Both the position numbers and the translations under genes were made by a program. 64,000 nt of DNA from positions 1,240,001-1,304,000 of the forward strand of contig NC_079167.1 of the NCBI RefSeq assembly GCF_947568905.1, given 5' to 3'. A model generated the notes under the pieces. That model was not told where the DNA came from. It saw nothing but the letters and a program-made list of their open reading frames with translations, and made no database searches. This DNA is from Ostrea edulis. Taxonomy: Eukaryota. Below are positions 13,439 through 29,345 of the stretch, in pieces. Each line of letters starts with the position of its first letter. The first letter of the stretch is position 1.

Positions 13439-15065
13439 GAATATGATTTATTTCCAAATTAGGGCCCTCTCGGGCATACATGATTGTTAACATTTCAAAT
13501 GTGCAATGACGATAAAAAGAAAAACAAAACAAGAGTAAAATCTGCACTATTAGTATGAGCAATGTTCATACATGAGACGTTTGAACATGATAATCTTATT
13601 TGCATTATATGTAAGTACCATCTTGTATCCTAATGCAAAACAGTAAGAAATACACATAGGGAAAAAATATATATATATATATAGAGAGAGAGAGATCTAT
13701 ATATATACATGTACATAACAACTCTACATGTAATAATAGTAAAGGTAGTAAAGTACATATGATTAACTCCACTGTAATGCAAAAGATACCACGGGACGGT
13801 GCATTGGTACTAGATCAACATGTCATGTTTATAATGAGTGCATATGTGCAATATGGTTTCATATGGTTCACACATAATATACAGTAATACTAGTAGTATG
13901 AGCTTAGACAATGTACATAACATGAGACATTACTTGATGTAATATATGTAAGTACCACCGTGTATCCTAATGCAAAACAGTCAGAAATACACACAGGAAG
14001 AAAATAACAATATATGCAATGACACATAATAATAGTAAAAGGCACGTAGTACAAGTACATATGATTGAATGGAATGCAAAAGATACCACGGGACGGTGCA
14101 TTGGTACTAAGTCAACATGTCATGTTTACAAGGAGTGCATAATTATGTATAAACATATTGGTTTGAACTTTCACATGTTTCATTTTATATTGCTTCTTTA
14201 ATCAAATCGCAAAGGGCTACAAGTACATCAGTATTTTCACAATTGAGTAACCATATTAATCTATTCATGTTGTCAAGACTGGAAAAATGTTCACATTGTT
14301 GTTTTATAATTTCATACATGTTCTGCCTGAGTGAGTTATAAGTTAAACATTCAAAAATTAGATGAATTTCATCACCAATTTTACAAGAAGAACACTTTGT
14401 GCAAAATCTTAAATGTCTAGGGATTCCTGAATAACGACCTCGTTCTACTGGTAAATTGTGCGCTGATGTACGTAATCTTGCAAGTGTTCTACGTTGTGCA
14501 GGTGGTAAGAGTGTTAAGTAGTTTTCAAAAACAAAATTAGTTTTAAATTTAACATAAGTTTCAAGTTTTCCATATTGTAAACTTCTGATATGTCCCCATT
14601 CTTTCAAATAATGATTGCATAACAATTCCTTACATTTTTTCTTAAAAATTGATAGGTTATTGATTGCAATATGACTGTTTCTAATTCCAACAATTCCAAA
14701 TAACTTTTGCACCACACCATAGTACCATGACTGCGATTTTAATGTACAAGCATTATGCTTACTTTGCATGTATGCAGCATTTAGTAGAGAAAAAGAAGTA
14801 CCCAGATTTTCTAATCTGTTTACATATTTTATTATATTTTTCACTACATCAAAATGTAATGGAAACCTACCAAGTTCGGATAGTGTTGCAAAGTTTGAAC
14901 TTTTTCTATGAAGACCTAGAATAAATTTACAGAATTTTACATGGAGGTTTTCACATTTTAATTTAGAGTAAAAATCATGTAAGGAGATATCATTGCGATT
15001 GAAAAAAGAAGGGCGATTAAAAATTCCCCAAATCTCACTGCCGTAAAGTAAAATTGGCTTGATAT
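13439..15065 (-). mobile_element. RTE-X-like LINE copy B1, 5'-truncated, inserted ~90 bp downstream of the H2B stem-loop
   Basis: ORF YIKPILLYGSEIWG...ELGRFPLH...RLRTSAHNLPVERGRY...CTKC...HLIFEC. 3' end gcccgagagggccctaatttggaaataaatcatattc. Absent from unit 2 (junction ~28698). Confidence 0.9.
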
Positions 15066-16721
15066 ACAAGTGTACTATGTGTTGAAACTACACACTGTAC
15101 TCTATTGAAATGGAATTCAAGACCAGCCATTCAGAATACACAAACAAACAAATGTATATCTCATTGTGTTCATTTTCAACTGCATACATTTCATCACTTA
15201 TTGTGATAGCTTTGTTTGTAACTTTAACCAGTCATTGATAAAATTGACACTAAGATGAAGATGTTATCAAAATAAACATTTTGGCTCTGTTGAATATATA
15301 GCATTATAGAGAAATATTGATATTAACAAAAAAGTTTCTAGTAAGTCTTATTTTCTGTCATTGAAATAGTAAATCACAGTTTTATGACAGCTAATAGTAT
15401 AGAATAGTATTTATTACCAACTCAGGGCCCAAATGAGCATAAACATGTAATTCAAAGTATATAATTGTTGATACAAGTAAAGACGATACACAGTAAAGAG
15501 TAATACACTCATTGGAGGCATTTTAAGTTTCGCATGTAGGCATTGATCAGTACTCAGTTGATACATGTGTGTTTTCCCTAGTGCAATATATAATATGCCT
15601 GATACATCAACAAGAGGCAGCAAGAGTCGGTGCTATTTAAAGGATAGAAAACAGAAACATGTAGAATAAACAGATACACACATTATTATATGAAATGTTG
15701 AATCGCATGTGTAAGATTATATTTAAAAAATGCACATGTCCCCCAACAGGCCCTTAATAGGTGAATTGATAATGATAGTCTCTTTATGAATCCAATCTTG
15801 GAAAAAAAGTTTGTACAACATCTTTCATGCGACTGCATATTGTGTATTGGTTTATATTGTGTAGGTGTGCCACGCATCAGTATCTCACGGTTTGCAATTA
15901 CTTTCCAGTTACAATGTACAGAATTAGTAAATGCATATGTTACGAAAGTCAACTGTCACCAAAGGGTAAACTAGATACCCATGTTAATTAAGATGAAAGC
16001 ATATATTACATTTACTTTGCCTTCCACAGAGGAATCTGCTAAATAGAAAGTCTTGAGTTTGCTATTTCAGCATTCCTAGCAATAAAAGAGTTTGTATAAA
16101 AAAAGAAGAAAAAAGAAAAACATGTTTAGGACATTTGTGACGGCAAGAAGCAATAACATATATCTATAATCAATTTAATTTAACATGTGCCTACATGGTA
16201 TGCATTTTAAAATATCTATAGTACTAATTAGTACTTTGTATACCGTGACGTGGGATATTTTGTAATACGGGGGTTATCACAATATTATCAGCTGCTTTTT
16301 AAGTCTTCGTTTTGTCTCCTTCATGTGTAACATGTTCAAATCATTTGTTATTGTGTGATAAATAAAGAATCCATCTAGATAAATGTGTGCGATATATATA
16401 TTACCATGCTCACAATGTAAATTTATTGGGAGTATAGGATTTGCATGGTCAGCCTTTCTGCTCCATAATGATCTTGGATATCATTTGGTTGTTTGTTAAC
16501 ATAAACCTACAAAGTTGTGGTGTAGTCTGACTATTTACTTGATATGAAAAGAAATCCAAGTATCAAATTGAAATCTCTTCACTGCAAATGAAACATGTTA
16601 ACCACAAAGTGCATACCTTTTCTTAACAAGTTGTATGCCAATTTGTTAACTAAAAGTACAATACAGGGTAACCGTTTCTCTTGATAACGTTTCATAGAGG
16701 CGTCTTTTCAAAGAATTTGGT

Positions 16722-16737
16722 GGCCGTTATAACGGCC
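16722..16737 (-). terminator. H4 stem-loop GGCCGT-TATA-ACGGCC (perfect 16-bp palindrome) plus GAAAAGAC
   Basis: Hairpin 43 nt after the stop; identical in unit 2. Confidence 0.85.
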
Positions 16738-16780
16738 GTTTTGTTTTTGCGCTGGGATGCACAAACGGTGACAAGAGTAT

Positions 16781-17101
<321 letters not shown>

Positions 17102-18548
17102 TCAATAGACAAGTGCTGAATGACCTGACAAATTGAGAAATTGCTGGTTTACATAGCCCTAATTGACGACCCGTTAGAGCGCATAATACCTTGAAACTTC
17201 GGCTAGTCGATTGTCGTGTCCGAAGAAGCGCTGTTAACTACATCTTGATTGGTTCTCGCTAAACGCGCCTACCTGTGTTTGTTTACATTTCTCTTGCATA
17301 GTATACTAGTATACAAGTATTTATTTATTTTGATAGCAATATAATATTTTATCTACGCACACATTTGAGATTTCCTAGCTTAGTTACTGTTCTGTTTTTT
17401 TTTTTAAATCATCGTTTTGTTTTCCTTTTAATTAACACACAACAATAGCATTTGTTTTTATTAGGGTAATTAATATGAAAACATGGCTCACAACTGTGAA
17501 AGTCTACTATACTATATCCAAAAAACAACAACAAAAAAAGGGGGAGAGAAAAGGTAAATAATAAAGATAATCCATTATTAATCAAGCTAAGCAAATTTCT
17601 ACTCAACATGTTGAAAATAAGAAATATTATATCTGTGCAAGTTGAAAAAGAAATTCAAGCCCTTTGTTAGACTGTATGTATGGTCTCCTGATATAAAATG
17701 TTATGACATGTTAATTCATCAATTAAGGACCCTCAAGGGGGTGGGGGTGTACAGATTAACTAGTAATTAATTACAATATAAATAAATAACAATCCTGGGG
17801 ATATATTATTACTGTCAGAGTTCACATTTCTGCACTGCACACATTTAACACGGTGTTACACGTGTAATACTGATTTCAGACAAGATTTGAATTAACATAA
17901 TGAAATATACGATGTTCTGTGATTATATACGCAAGAATGTAATACGAAGTGAAGATTTCATTGACCTCTCAGAATAATCATGACCCCCCTAACGTCTACA
18001 TATTTCTACATCTGGGTTTTTATTGATATATTTTGTTGTTGTTATAGATTTTCTCCGTGCGCTATTGATGCTAGCTATTATTTGAACCCCTTTCTCTTAT
18101 TAATGCATGCTTTACATGCCCTCAAAAGCCCCGAGTTGGTTGAATGAAATACCGTAGTATCTGACCCTTCTAGAATTAAGGTAGGTTGTTTTAGTGTGTA
18201 CTACAGACTACCGATGTCTCTATGTATGCGTTCTTAGTACGTTCTATACAGCTATTCTCTAGGTTTGTTGTGTACTTTCCTGCTGACAAGGATTTTCAAT
18301 GTGCATTTGTTGTCATCTATACAATTGATGCTCTGCAATGTATACTACTGTTTTGTACGTGTTCACATTCGCAGCATTTAGTTTCATTACTGAAGTTGCG
18401 TTAAAACTTCTTATTTTACAGAAATTTACCAGACTTGGGTCAAGTAGTTTGTGGTAGTAGGGTTATGCATGTCATTCAGTCATACTTTATTCACGACAAG
18501 TTTCTTGATCAAGAGCAATATGAAGGCATCTTTTCGAAAGAATTAGGT

Positions 18549-18564
18549 GGCCGTGAAAACGGCC
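18549..18564 (-). terminator. H3 stem-loop GGCCGT-TTTC-ACGGCC plus GAAAAGATG
   Basis: Hairpin downstream of the H3 stop. Confidence 0.85.
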
Positions 18565-18588
18565 GTTTTGAGTGTCACACGAGTGAAA

Positions 18589-19008
<420 letters not shown>

Positions 19009-19752
19009 TTATTCGGATAGAATTAACTGCCCGATCGGAAACACTAGAGTTTATAAGCAAATTGAAATCGGCGCTCTCATATCTTACGACACTTGTCATT
19101 GGTTAAGCGGTTCAGAAAGACACTCTGCGATTAGCCGCTGGTATGCAGCGTTGATTGGTCTTGACTTGGGACATTTCAATCCACATTTTGCACAGAATTC
19201 ATAAACTTGTAAAAAAAAAAAAAAAAAAAAAAGAAAAGAAAAACAGTGAAGGGGATGGGGTGTTACAAGGGATTTCAGGGTACAATTGTAAACATTTATT
19301 TGTGGATACAAAAGTATGGACAGACAAGTAAATGTTAAAAACATTTAAAAGGAGATGCATTTATTTATTTATTCACCAGTTAAGGACCCTCAGTGAGCAT
19401 ACACAATTTTATTATATTCATTATAAACACATGATATCATATACTTATAGATACACACACCGTACATATACATGTATACATAAACACATATATACACATA
19501 CATTTATACACATACATGATTGTATACACACATACATGTACATATGTAAAGGACTTCTATATTAACATTGATCTGAAATTGGCTCATAACAACATAGAAT
19601 GAAAATGCACAGCACAACAAGGATGCAATGTGGGAAGTAAAAGTGAAACAGTATAAAATGCTGTCCTGAATGCAGAGCTAGGTACCAAGGGACAGTGCTT
19701 TGTGCCCAGTCGATCAGACTGGCAGTCTTCTACCATAAGTATTTAAAATATG

Positions 19753-19891
19753 TACATGTACTAAGAACTTTTGGAATCTGGGATATTTCAATAGCACATA
19801 AATATACATAATATCATATTAATACTAAATTTTGTATATTTATCATGTGCAATTGAAATATCCCAGATTCCCAAAGTTCTTAGTACATGTA
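19753..19891. mobile_element. Small hairpin MITE with ~38-bp TIR (TACATGTACTAAGAACTTT...GGGATATTTCAAT)
   Basis: Near-perfect inverted arms around a ~60-bp AT-rich centre. Confidence 0.6.
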
Positions 19892-21140
19892 TACGTACGT
19901 ATGTACATACATACATTCATTCGTACATAGAATTTTGTTTTGAAGTCTTCCTTTCTCACCTGTTTGTATATTTTGCACCGATACATATAAATATAGTTTA
20001 AATCAATGATTACCAAATTTGTAACCTGAACATTTAACAAAGAGGTTGCAAAATAGTTATTTGACAAAAGCAGACCTCAAATATATTTGGATAGAGATGA
20101 TATATGACATTGCATTCTTACTAGAATAATCATAATTCTTGGAATTCAAGAAACACCCAATAAAAAAAAAGTCATTAAATTTTTGTTTGTTTTCACTTAA
20201 TAATAGTTGTGACTAACATCATTGTCATAGGATTTGATGTTATTAGTACTAGTTAGTTGTGACTACTGACTTTTTCGGACAGCTTTGTGAATTTCAAGAC
20301 CCCAAATCATTCCAGAATATCCTAGACTACTGTTACATCCTAACAAAAATCACTCCTCTATATAAATCTTGAACAACATTGAGGCTATGAAGTTGATGTA
20401 CACATGAAGTGAGCGAGTCTCTGGACAACAGAGAACTGTTTAAAATGTGTAAATCCTTATTTCATTTTGAAGACTAAATTAGACGTGTGAGAATTACAAC
20501 TTACTCTTAGAGGTGATGTGTCGTCACTCTGTTCCTAACAAAGAAAGAACCCCATTTTTTCACTTTTAGACACTGATCAGACATTTCTAGTTGACTAAAG
20601 TCTGAAAACATTGTTACACACATGAAACATTGCATTATGAGAGTGAATTATGTGTAGTCCTGCCAAACCTGGACTGTATACAAATCAAGTACTGAAATAA
20701 AAGTCCACGGATGATACTTTTAATTTTTGTTTTCTTATCGGACAATAAACCGAATGAAAACAATCAAGCCATTGGATGTATAAGAAATGCATATATATAT
20801 ATATATGAATGTTTCAATTCAGCTAGCTTTACTCAAACGAATGAGGACTCAATGATGCAGGTACTGTACTATGTTGTCATAATTCACCGGTCTCCATCTT
20901 ATTTCTTACCCTACAGCTTTAGGAAGGGAGAGTTGATAAATCAGATAAAAAAATGTCATGTTGTTTGTAAAAGCGTGGGTTAGTTTCCTCTCCCTCCCCT
21001 CTTTTAACTGAATGCCATGCAGGACAAGTAAATCAAAGTATGAAAACATTAAAACAGCTTGAATCAGTATTCACTTAAATGACGTAGAAACGCATTTCTC
21101 TCACACGTGTAAGAACAGCATCTTTTCTAAAAATGTTGGT

Positions 21141-21156
21141 AGCCCTAAAAAGGGCT
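21141..21156 (-). terminator. H1 stem-loop AGCCCT-TTTT-AGGGCT plus GAAAAGATG
   Basis: CAAA 5' flank and ACCAA 3' flank; A-U first pair. Confidence 0.85.
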
Positions 21157-21203
21157 TTTGTTTGGTGAGTAAAGACTCTGTGCAGGAATATTGCAAAGAC
21201 TGC

Positions 21204-21755
21204 TTATTTCTTGGCGGCGGCCTTCTTGGGGGTCTTGGATTTTTTGGCGGCGGGCTTCTTGGGGGCCTTGGCTGCGGGCTTCTTGGGGGACTTTGCTGCC
21301 GCCTTCTTCTTGGGAGTCCTGGCCTTCTTGGGTGCGGCTGGTTTCTTTGGCGTCTTCTTCACTTTTTTCTCTACGGCCGCCTTCTTGGGCTTGGCAGCAG
21401 CCTTCTTAGGTTTGGCAGCCTTTGGTTTGGCTACTTTCTTGGCTTTAGGCTTCTGCTCAGCCTTGGGCTTATCTCCAAGCTTGAAGGAGCCACTGGCACC
21501 TTTACCCTTGGCTTGCTTCAAAGCACCCTTTTTGACTCCATTCTTAAGGGCCATTTTGAGGTGGGCATTGATGGAGTTGACGTCATTACCCACTTTATAA
21601 TTGGCCATCAGGTGCTTAAGAATGGCTTGTTTAGAAGATCCACCACGCTCTTTCAGTGACCCGAGGGCAGCCTTGATCATGTCGATGTATTTTGGGTGCG
21701 CTGCGGGCACCTTGGGCTTGGAAACCTTTTTCGCGGGAGCTGCGGTATCTGCCAT
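21204..21755 (-). CDS. H1: Linker histone H1 (start [10 protein letters not shown], 183 aa)
   Basis: Globular domain [12 protein letters not shown]...GGSSKQAI...GASGSFKL, Lys/Ala/Pro-rich tail, stem-loop. H1-box-like AAACAACACA upstream. Confidence 0.97.
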   Translation of the reverse strand: MADTAAPAKKVSKPKVPAAHPKYIDMIKAALGSLKERGGSSKQAILKHLMANYKVGNDVNSINAHLKMALKNGVKKGALKQAKGKGASGSFKLGDKPKAEQKPKAKKVAKPKAAKPKKAAAKPKKAAVEKKVKKTPKKPAAPKKARTPKKKAAAKSPKKPAAKAPKKPAAKKSKTPKKAAAKK

Positions 21756-22384
21756 GTTTTCGAACGATGCGAGAACGGTAAATAATAGTCGATCGGAACG
21801 CACTCACTGTTTTGTTTACATCAAGCGCCGACCTCCTTGAAAACATCCAATCTGTTCGAGTCGATCGGTATGTGTATTGTGTTGTTTAGATGTGCTTTGA
21901 TGTTAGTCTTGGCATTGGAGTTGCGCTTCAACAATGGAATATCCGCCGGATATGTTATCGGAACCCCCTGGTCTACATTCCCCCCTGTCATTCTATTTAC
22001 TTACATATTGGGCTTTGCCAAACTACAGCAGTCAAAATCCAGAAATATAGACACCTCAACCGGCGATTTGCAAGTCCGTTCATTCATTAAAATTGGGTAA
22101 TTTTTTCCAGTGGCCGATAACAAATATCACTGTTGCTTGATTTCCTTTCAAAGCTTGAAAGAAGGCACGCTCGTTTTCCTTTTGCTGTAGAAAACATCAT
22201 GTCGGTCAGAATTTTTGAAAAACATCCGGGGGTCGTACACATCGGGTATCAAAAGCGAGCGGTAGACATTAACGATTGCGTAGAACGATTTGGAATGGGC
22301 TTACACAATATTAAGAACACAAGCACACGCCTAAAACAAAACAAAAATCCTGATCTATTTACTTTACTATAGAAATATATACAA

Positions 22385-23958
22385 TCTTTCTGGAAAGAAA
22401 ATCACCTCTCTTCTATATGCGGATGATCTTGTACTGCTTTCAGAAAACCAAAATGGACTACAAAACAAACTAAACTTACTTGAAAAATATTGCAACGATT
22501 GGTGCTTAGAAATTAATACCAATAAGACAAAAGTAGTCATTTTTAATAAAAGCGGACACCTAATTAAAGAAAATTTTATGTTCGGTAACATATGTATTGA
22601 ATGTACTAACAAATATAAATATCTAGGAGTAATATTATCCTTCAAGGAAGCAAAATCTGATCTATACAATAAAGCTCTTAAGGCCTCATTCAAACTTTAT
22701 AAAGACATCAAATCTATCGATCCACCAATTAAAACATTTTTGCATCTTTTTGACCATATGGTAAAACCCATCGCCTTGTATGGCTGCGAGATATGGGGAA
22801 CACTTTCAACATGCATGCTGGAAAAAGACAGAGATTTATATGATATCTTTAAAAATTGGGAGGTAGAAAACCTGAATATTAAGTTTTGTAAACATCTACT
22901 GGGTGCCGGTAAAAGAAGTACTAATATTGCAATAATCTCTGAATTGGGTAGATATCCTATGTTCTGCTCTATAATCCAAAGTATTTTACTATATTGGCAT
23001 AGACTCAAGAATTGCCCAGAACCATCCCTGTTATACAGTGCTTATACAGAGAATATCAATCTGAATTCATATAATATAAATTGTTGGTACAAAAACGTTA
23101 ATCATTTTAAGGAAAAAATGGGCATTTTGGTACCCAATTGTAAAAATCTCAAATTCTCATTTTTCAAAAAACAATTGAAGAATCAGGTACGGAAACAATT
23201 TTTACTTTACTGATCAAAACGACGTGAAGAGGGTCAGAAATCAGGAAAACTCACAACATATTTTTTGTATAAAGAAAACTTTACTATGGAAAGTTATATA
23301 TTTTTAGAATCCCTAGAATTAAGAAAAACTATATTAGTCTATATGTAGATTTCGAATTAGTACACATGACCTTCGAATTGAAAGAGGAAGATATGAATTT
23401 ACAAAATCCAATTCTGGCCAGAAGATTTCTTTAGAAAGAAACAAAAGAATATGTGAATTATGTAACCTTAATTGTGTTGAAGATGAATTTCATTTCCTTA
23501 CTGATTGTCCATTCTATGTTGAAGAGAGAAATATGTTTTTTAATGGTATCTACAAGCTCAACAAAAATTTTATCTATCGAACAAATAAGAACAAATTTAC
23601 TTGGTTAATGATTAATGAAGACAAACCAGTAATTGTCAAATTGAGTGAATATTTAGTGCAAACTTTCAGAAAAAGAAGTGATGCTTTAAAACTGCAAAAA
23701 TCATTATAGTTTATTATTCATATATTGGTACAATACTGATACTGTCCATCTACTTGTATATATACATGATTAGCAATTCATATATGTATGTACTTGTGTC
23801 CCCAACATGCTGCATCCACATGCAGTTTGCAGTCTCTGTAACCTGTAGTTAATGTTGTAAACTTTCTTTCTTTTTTGAATTTCCTTCTTTATAAACTGTC
23901 TTACTGTTATGCCCTCTGGGTCCAAAATTGGAATAAACTTATCTTATCTTATCTTATC
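22385..23958 (+). mobile_element. RTE-X-like LINE copy C, 5'-truncated within RT, (TTATC)n tail, putative 7-bp TSD TATACAA
   Basis: LLYADDLVLLSE...KPIALYGCEIWG...ELGRYPM...CELC...DEFHFLTDC. TATACAA at 22378-22384 and 23959-23965. Has frameshifts and stops. Confidence 0.88.
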
Positions 23959-26900
23959 TATACAACACAACATAAGATATTTGCTTTGATTTATGATTTA
24001 AAAGAAAAACGTTAATCCTTGTTTACACATACCTTTTATAAATAATGCCTGTATTCAATAAAAATTACACAGATGAAATGTACAAATGACCAATCTTGAT
24101 GTTTTGATTTTAAATGAAGTGTAATTAAACTGGTTGTTTGTTTGTTTACTTTGTTTTTGTTTCTTTTTTATGTTTGTTGTTGTTGTGAGTTTCTTTTCTA
24201 TTTTTTTTTTTTTTTTTTTTTTTTGCTTTTGTTTTTTGGTTTGTTTGTTTAGTTTTCTTCCAATTATTATGTAAGTGCTATGCTACGAGGTTATCGTAAG
24301 AGTGATTAGATCTTTCCACTATAGATACATAATATATATATATATACAGTGTGCGAAACTAACTTTAAAGTCCTATAAACTTTCGGTCCATAGTCATTTT
24401 ATTTCCTATAGACCACAACAAATTCCTATAGACCAAAATTTAACATGCAATATTCATTGTTATTAAAAAATAAATAATTGATACAAATTCGGTTTGGCAA
24501 TTTGTTCATAGTCTAATTATATTCTTTTTCAATTGCATGCACGGCAAGCTTTTCAATTAGAATTTCGTTTTCTTTTTCATTTTGTTCCAGCTCAGTTTCA
24601 CTATCTGATTCTTCATCCAAGTCACGTACTTCTACTACCTTTCGTTTTCTCATGATTTTCTACGACTTTGGCCTTGCTGGAACTTGTAATGACCGCTTTC
24701 CGTTTGATTCAAGTGCGTGCATCTTTCACGTATTTTTAAAACCATCTAAAAGGACATTGCGAATTTGCACGAAAATGGCGTACATTGAAGTAAATATCAA
24801 ATTGAATAATCTGATTCGAATGATTTGTAATTACATTGGGGAACATTTTATTACAGCTAAGGGGTAAACAGAAACATTGGCGTACTACATATAAACTGGT
24901 CCCGCTTCTCATAGATATGTTAAATAAGCAACAGAGAACCAGTTATTTACTCAGAATTCCTATAGACAAGTTGGTCTATAGCTATTTTGATTGTTATAGA
25001 CCGACTCGATTTTCTATAGACAATTGTCTATCGGTCCATGGTTAATTTCGCACACTGTATACATATGATATATAGAGCCACTTTTACGCTAATTTGTGAG
25101 TAGGGATCAATTCACTTATATTGAGCTGTACACAATACGCACACAACATCAAAAATGTAAAAGAAATGATAAATTTAGGTGCTATATTATCAATTGAAGT
25201 TTCAGAAGGTGACACATGATCCAAACTCGGGAAAGGTTTCAGGACATGTTTACGATTTGCCTATACTTTTCTGTTTTAATAGTAATAGCTCTGTTTGTTT
25301 AAAAGGTTTCGATAAAACAAAGAGGTTTCAAATTAAAACAATCTTAAAAATCAGGTTTATCCTATAAGCAGGCAATAAAACGTACGTATGGGATGATAAA
25401 AAAAATTAGTTTAAACTTTATTTCATTTGAATAAATCAATATATGTATATACACAATACGTTATATGCACACAGGATTCGGAATCAAGTTGTATATAGCA
25501 ACTTATATTAATCCGTTTCCTTGAATCTAAAACTTTGAATGGTAAATGTGCATTTGCCCGCTGCACATGACAAAAATGACAACGAGGAAGTAAAGAAAAA
25601 TGAAAGGAAAAAAATCTAACAAGTAAATAGATCATCATTGGAAGAGATGTTATGACCTAAGTTCATCAGAAATGGATATACAATAACTTCCAAACAAGAA
25701 ATTCCACCACTCTACACATAAAAGCGGAAGTCGATGAGATTAAGCTACATATCTTTTGGATGATGCACATGCATATAATGAAACTATTTTTAATATAGAA
25801 ATTATTTTTAGTAAAGTCTCCATGTACAAGGATATTTACAGTTATTGGTCTTAATGGATCAATAAATTTATTCAAGTAAAAAGTGTGTTGTTGTTTCGAT
25901 TTTTCCACAGGCACAATATGGATTATCTATTACATGTATGTGTTTCGCGAATAGGTGAGATTTAAGAGTACTAATTACAGTTGTATGTGTGGTATTTGTC
26001 CGTTGCGTTTGCACGGTGCAAATACAATGATTTCTAATGTTCTTAAAGTTCGATCATTTGCCAGGATCAATAGTTCTTTTTGCAATAGTATGTACTCGTT
26101 TTCGTCTACGAATGAGTGTTATTTAATGAGGGGGAATCTGATTTTCTAACGAAAGAAAGAAGTCGAGTTAGACCATTTCATGTACCCGTTTGACTTGTTG
26201 GACAAAGTAAGCATCACACCCAGTGTGAAATTTCTAGACCCAGTCGAACGTGTTCATGTGAAATTAATCACCGAAACTGAAAATCGTTTTTCAAGAAAGT
26301 TGTCGGTTTATACGGAGGGCGTTTTCCTGTGTACGTCAAAGTTTAAAATAAATACGATATATATATTTGAGCATACCATTTGCGGAGGAAAGGGGTTCGA
26401 AAACCCATGGATCGAATGTATTCAGAAAATGTTCAACAAATGTTTAGTATTTATATGAACCAAAAATAAATTCTTCATGCTTATAAATAAAGTCGTCATT
26501 TTGCGACAAAGTACAGTATTTTTTTTATAAAACACTTTTTTTTTTATATATGACTGCTTCATGTATAAAGATATAAGAAAGAAATATTACCCTTTGAACA
26601 TCTACAATTCAGATGAAGATATATCAAAGGAAAACCACTGTAAAGTACTATGCAACCCTGTCAATGTCGTTCATGTCAGAAGATTGTGTGAATTTTTACA
26701 TGAATGTTTTGAATTGCGCACCCAAAGTAAAGTGCTATAACTCATTAACTACATTTAATTTATGTTGATATGCAATACTAAATTGCATACATGCAGTCTA
26801 ATATCACAGGTACATGTCAAATATATACTTGTATTTACATATATGTAAATGAACTGTTAGTATTTAGTTTGTTGTCATTATATATCTCATATTGTGTAAC

Positions 26901-27507
26901 AGGATTGGTGAATCCATAAATAAATTGAGCATATTTCGGAGATAAAACAATTCGGCCAGGATAGTGATATTTTGTTTGCGGATATATTTACAATCCATGT
27001 ACCAGGATCGTCTCCAAAGATTTTGTTCTCTTTCCATTTTTTTATATTGCCCCATCACATGATGATCACCCTATCTAATGTCAGGTAGCTCCATGTCTAC
27101 CTCTATTTCTCACATTCATACTGGTACAAAATCATTTCCTTTGTGGCTTTTCGTCTATGTAAATTAAAAGCAAGAATGACCACGTGAAAATATACGATCA
27201 CTCGCCCTGTACTTCAAAAGTTTTGGCACCCTTGTTTTACTCTTCCATTGACAAACTACAGAGCTGGTTGAGAAAAATAAAAAAAAGAATGCAAATAAAA
27301 ACTCATTTCCTTTTGGTATTTCCATGATTTCTCAATGAAGTCCAAAGGAGTGAGGACAATTTATATAGCGCTTTTTTTGCGCCTTGAAATGTATGAATGA
27401 CTGCAAATATTGTCATCCCCATTTCTCAGTGAGCATTGAATGTAAGATTAGACTGCCATTCTTGACATTTCGATGCTTATAGAAGTGTCTTTTCAAAAAA
27501 GGTTGGT

Positions 27508-27523
27508 GGCCGTGAAAACGGCC
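27508..27523 (-). terminator. H2A stem-loop (unit 2)
   Basis: Identical to 12246-12261. Confidence 0.85.
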
Positions 27524-27560
27524 GTTTGTTATAGGTCCTGCACGCAGACTTTGTACTTCT

Positions 27561-27947
<387 letters not shown>

Positions 27948-28193
27948 TCAATACGGTGCGCTGACGAAATCAAAGCAACGAATAGCCCTCGTACGCAATA
28001 CATCAACCTTTTTAAACACGCAGTCGGATTCAACTGCCAGCCAATCGTGGCCATCGTGTTTCTCGTACCTTGGCGCACACCGAACGAATCAATGTTTACA
28101 AGGAGGTCCGTAATACGCTTATCCGCCGTTATCCGACCGTGTAATATAAATAGCAGAGCTGCCATTTGTTCCACACATAGTTTATTTGTAAAC

Positions 28194-28565
28194 ATGCCAC
28201 CTAAAGCCGGATCGAAAGGAGCTAAGAAAGCCGCCACTAAGGCGAAGACCCAGAAAACTGGGGACAAGAAGAGGCGCAGGAAGAGGAGGGAATCCTATGC
28301 CATCTACATTTACAAAGTCCTGAAGCAGGTCCACCCAGACACTGGCGTTTCCAGCAAAGCTATGAGCATCATGAACTCGTTTGTCAATGACATTTTCGAG
28401 AGAATCGCCGCTGAAGCTTCCCGCCTGGCCCACTACAACAAACGCTCAACCATCACCAGCAGAGAAATCCAGACCGCTGTCCGACTTCTCTTGCCCGGTG
28501 AATTGGCCAAGCACGCCGTCTCTGAGGGTACCAAGGCTGTCACCAAGTACACCAGCAGCAAGTAA
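28194..28565 (+). CDS. H2B: Histone H2B (unit 2)
   Basis: Protein identical to unit 1. Confidence 0.99.
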   Translation: MPPKAGSKGAKKAATKAKTQKTGDKKRRRKRRESYAIYIYKVLKQVHPDTGVSSKAMSIMNSFVNDIFERIAAEASRLAHYNKRSTITSREIQTAVRLLLPGELAKHAVSEGTKAVTKYTSSK

Positions 28566-28597
28566 ACTCAGCAAGGACTTGAACCTCAAACTCAAAC

Positions 28598-28613
28598 GGC
28601 CCTTTTCAGGGCC
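28598..28613 (+). terminator. H2B stem-loop (unit 2)
   Basis: GGCCCTTTTCAGGGCC. Confidence 0.92.
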
Positions 28614-29345
28614 ACACAATTTTTTCGAAAAGATGCCTTTTATAACAATGCATTGAGAAACGTTTATTGGTTGACATTGCATATCTACAAAATATGCATA
28701 CACACAAGTGTACTATGTGTGTTGAAACTACACAATGTACTATATTGAAATGGAATTCAAGACCAACCATTCAGAATACACACTCAAACAAATGTATATC
28801 TCATTGTGTTCATTTTCAACTGCATACATTTCATCACTTATTGTGATAGCTTTGTTTGTAACTTTAACCAGTCATTGATAAAATTGAAACTAAGATGAAG
28901 ATGTTATCAAAATACACATTTTGGCTCTGTTGAATATATAGCATTATAGAGAAATATTGATATTCACAAAAAAGTTTCTAAGTCTTATTTTCTGTCATTG
29001 AAATAGTAAATCACAGTTTTGCAGCACCCAACACCCAAATGACAGCTAATAGTATAGAATAGTATTTATTACCAACTCAGGGCCCAAATGAGCATAAACA
29101 TGTAATTCAAAGTATATAATTGTTGATACAAGTAAAGACGATACACAGTAAAGAGTAATACACTCATTGGAGGCATTTTAAGTTTCGCATGTAGGCATTG
29201 ATCAGTACTCAGTTGATACATGTGTGTTTTCCCTAGTGCAATATATAATATGTCTGATACATCAACAAGAGGCAGCAAGAGTCGGTGCTATTTAAAGGAT
29301 AGAAAACAGAAACATGTAGAATAAACAGATGCACACAATATTATA

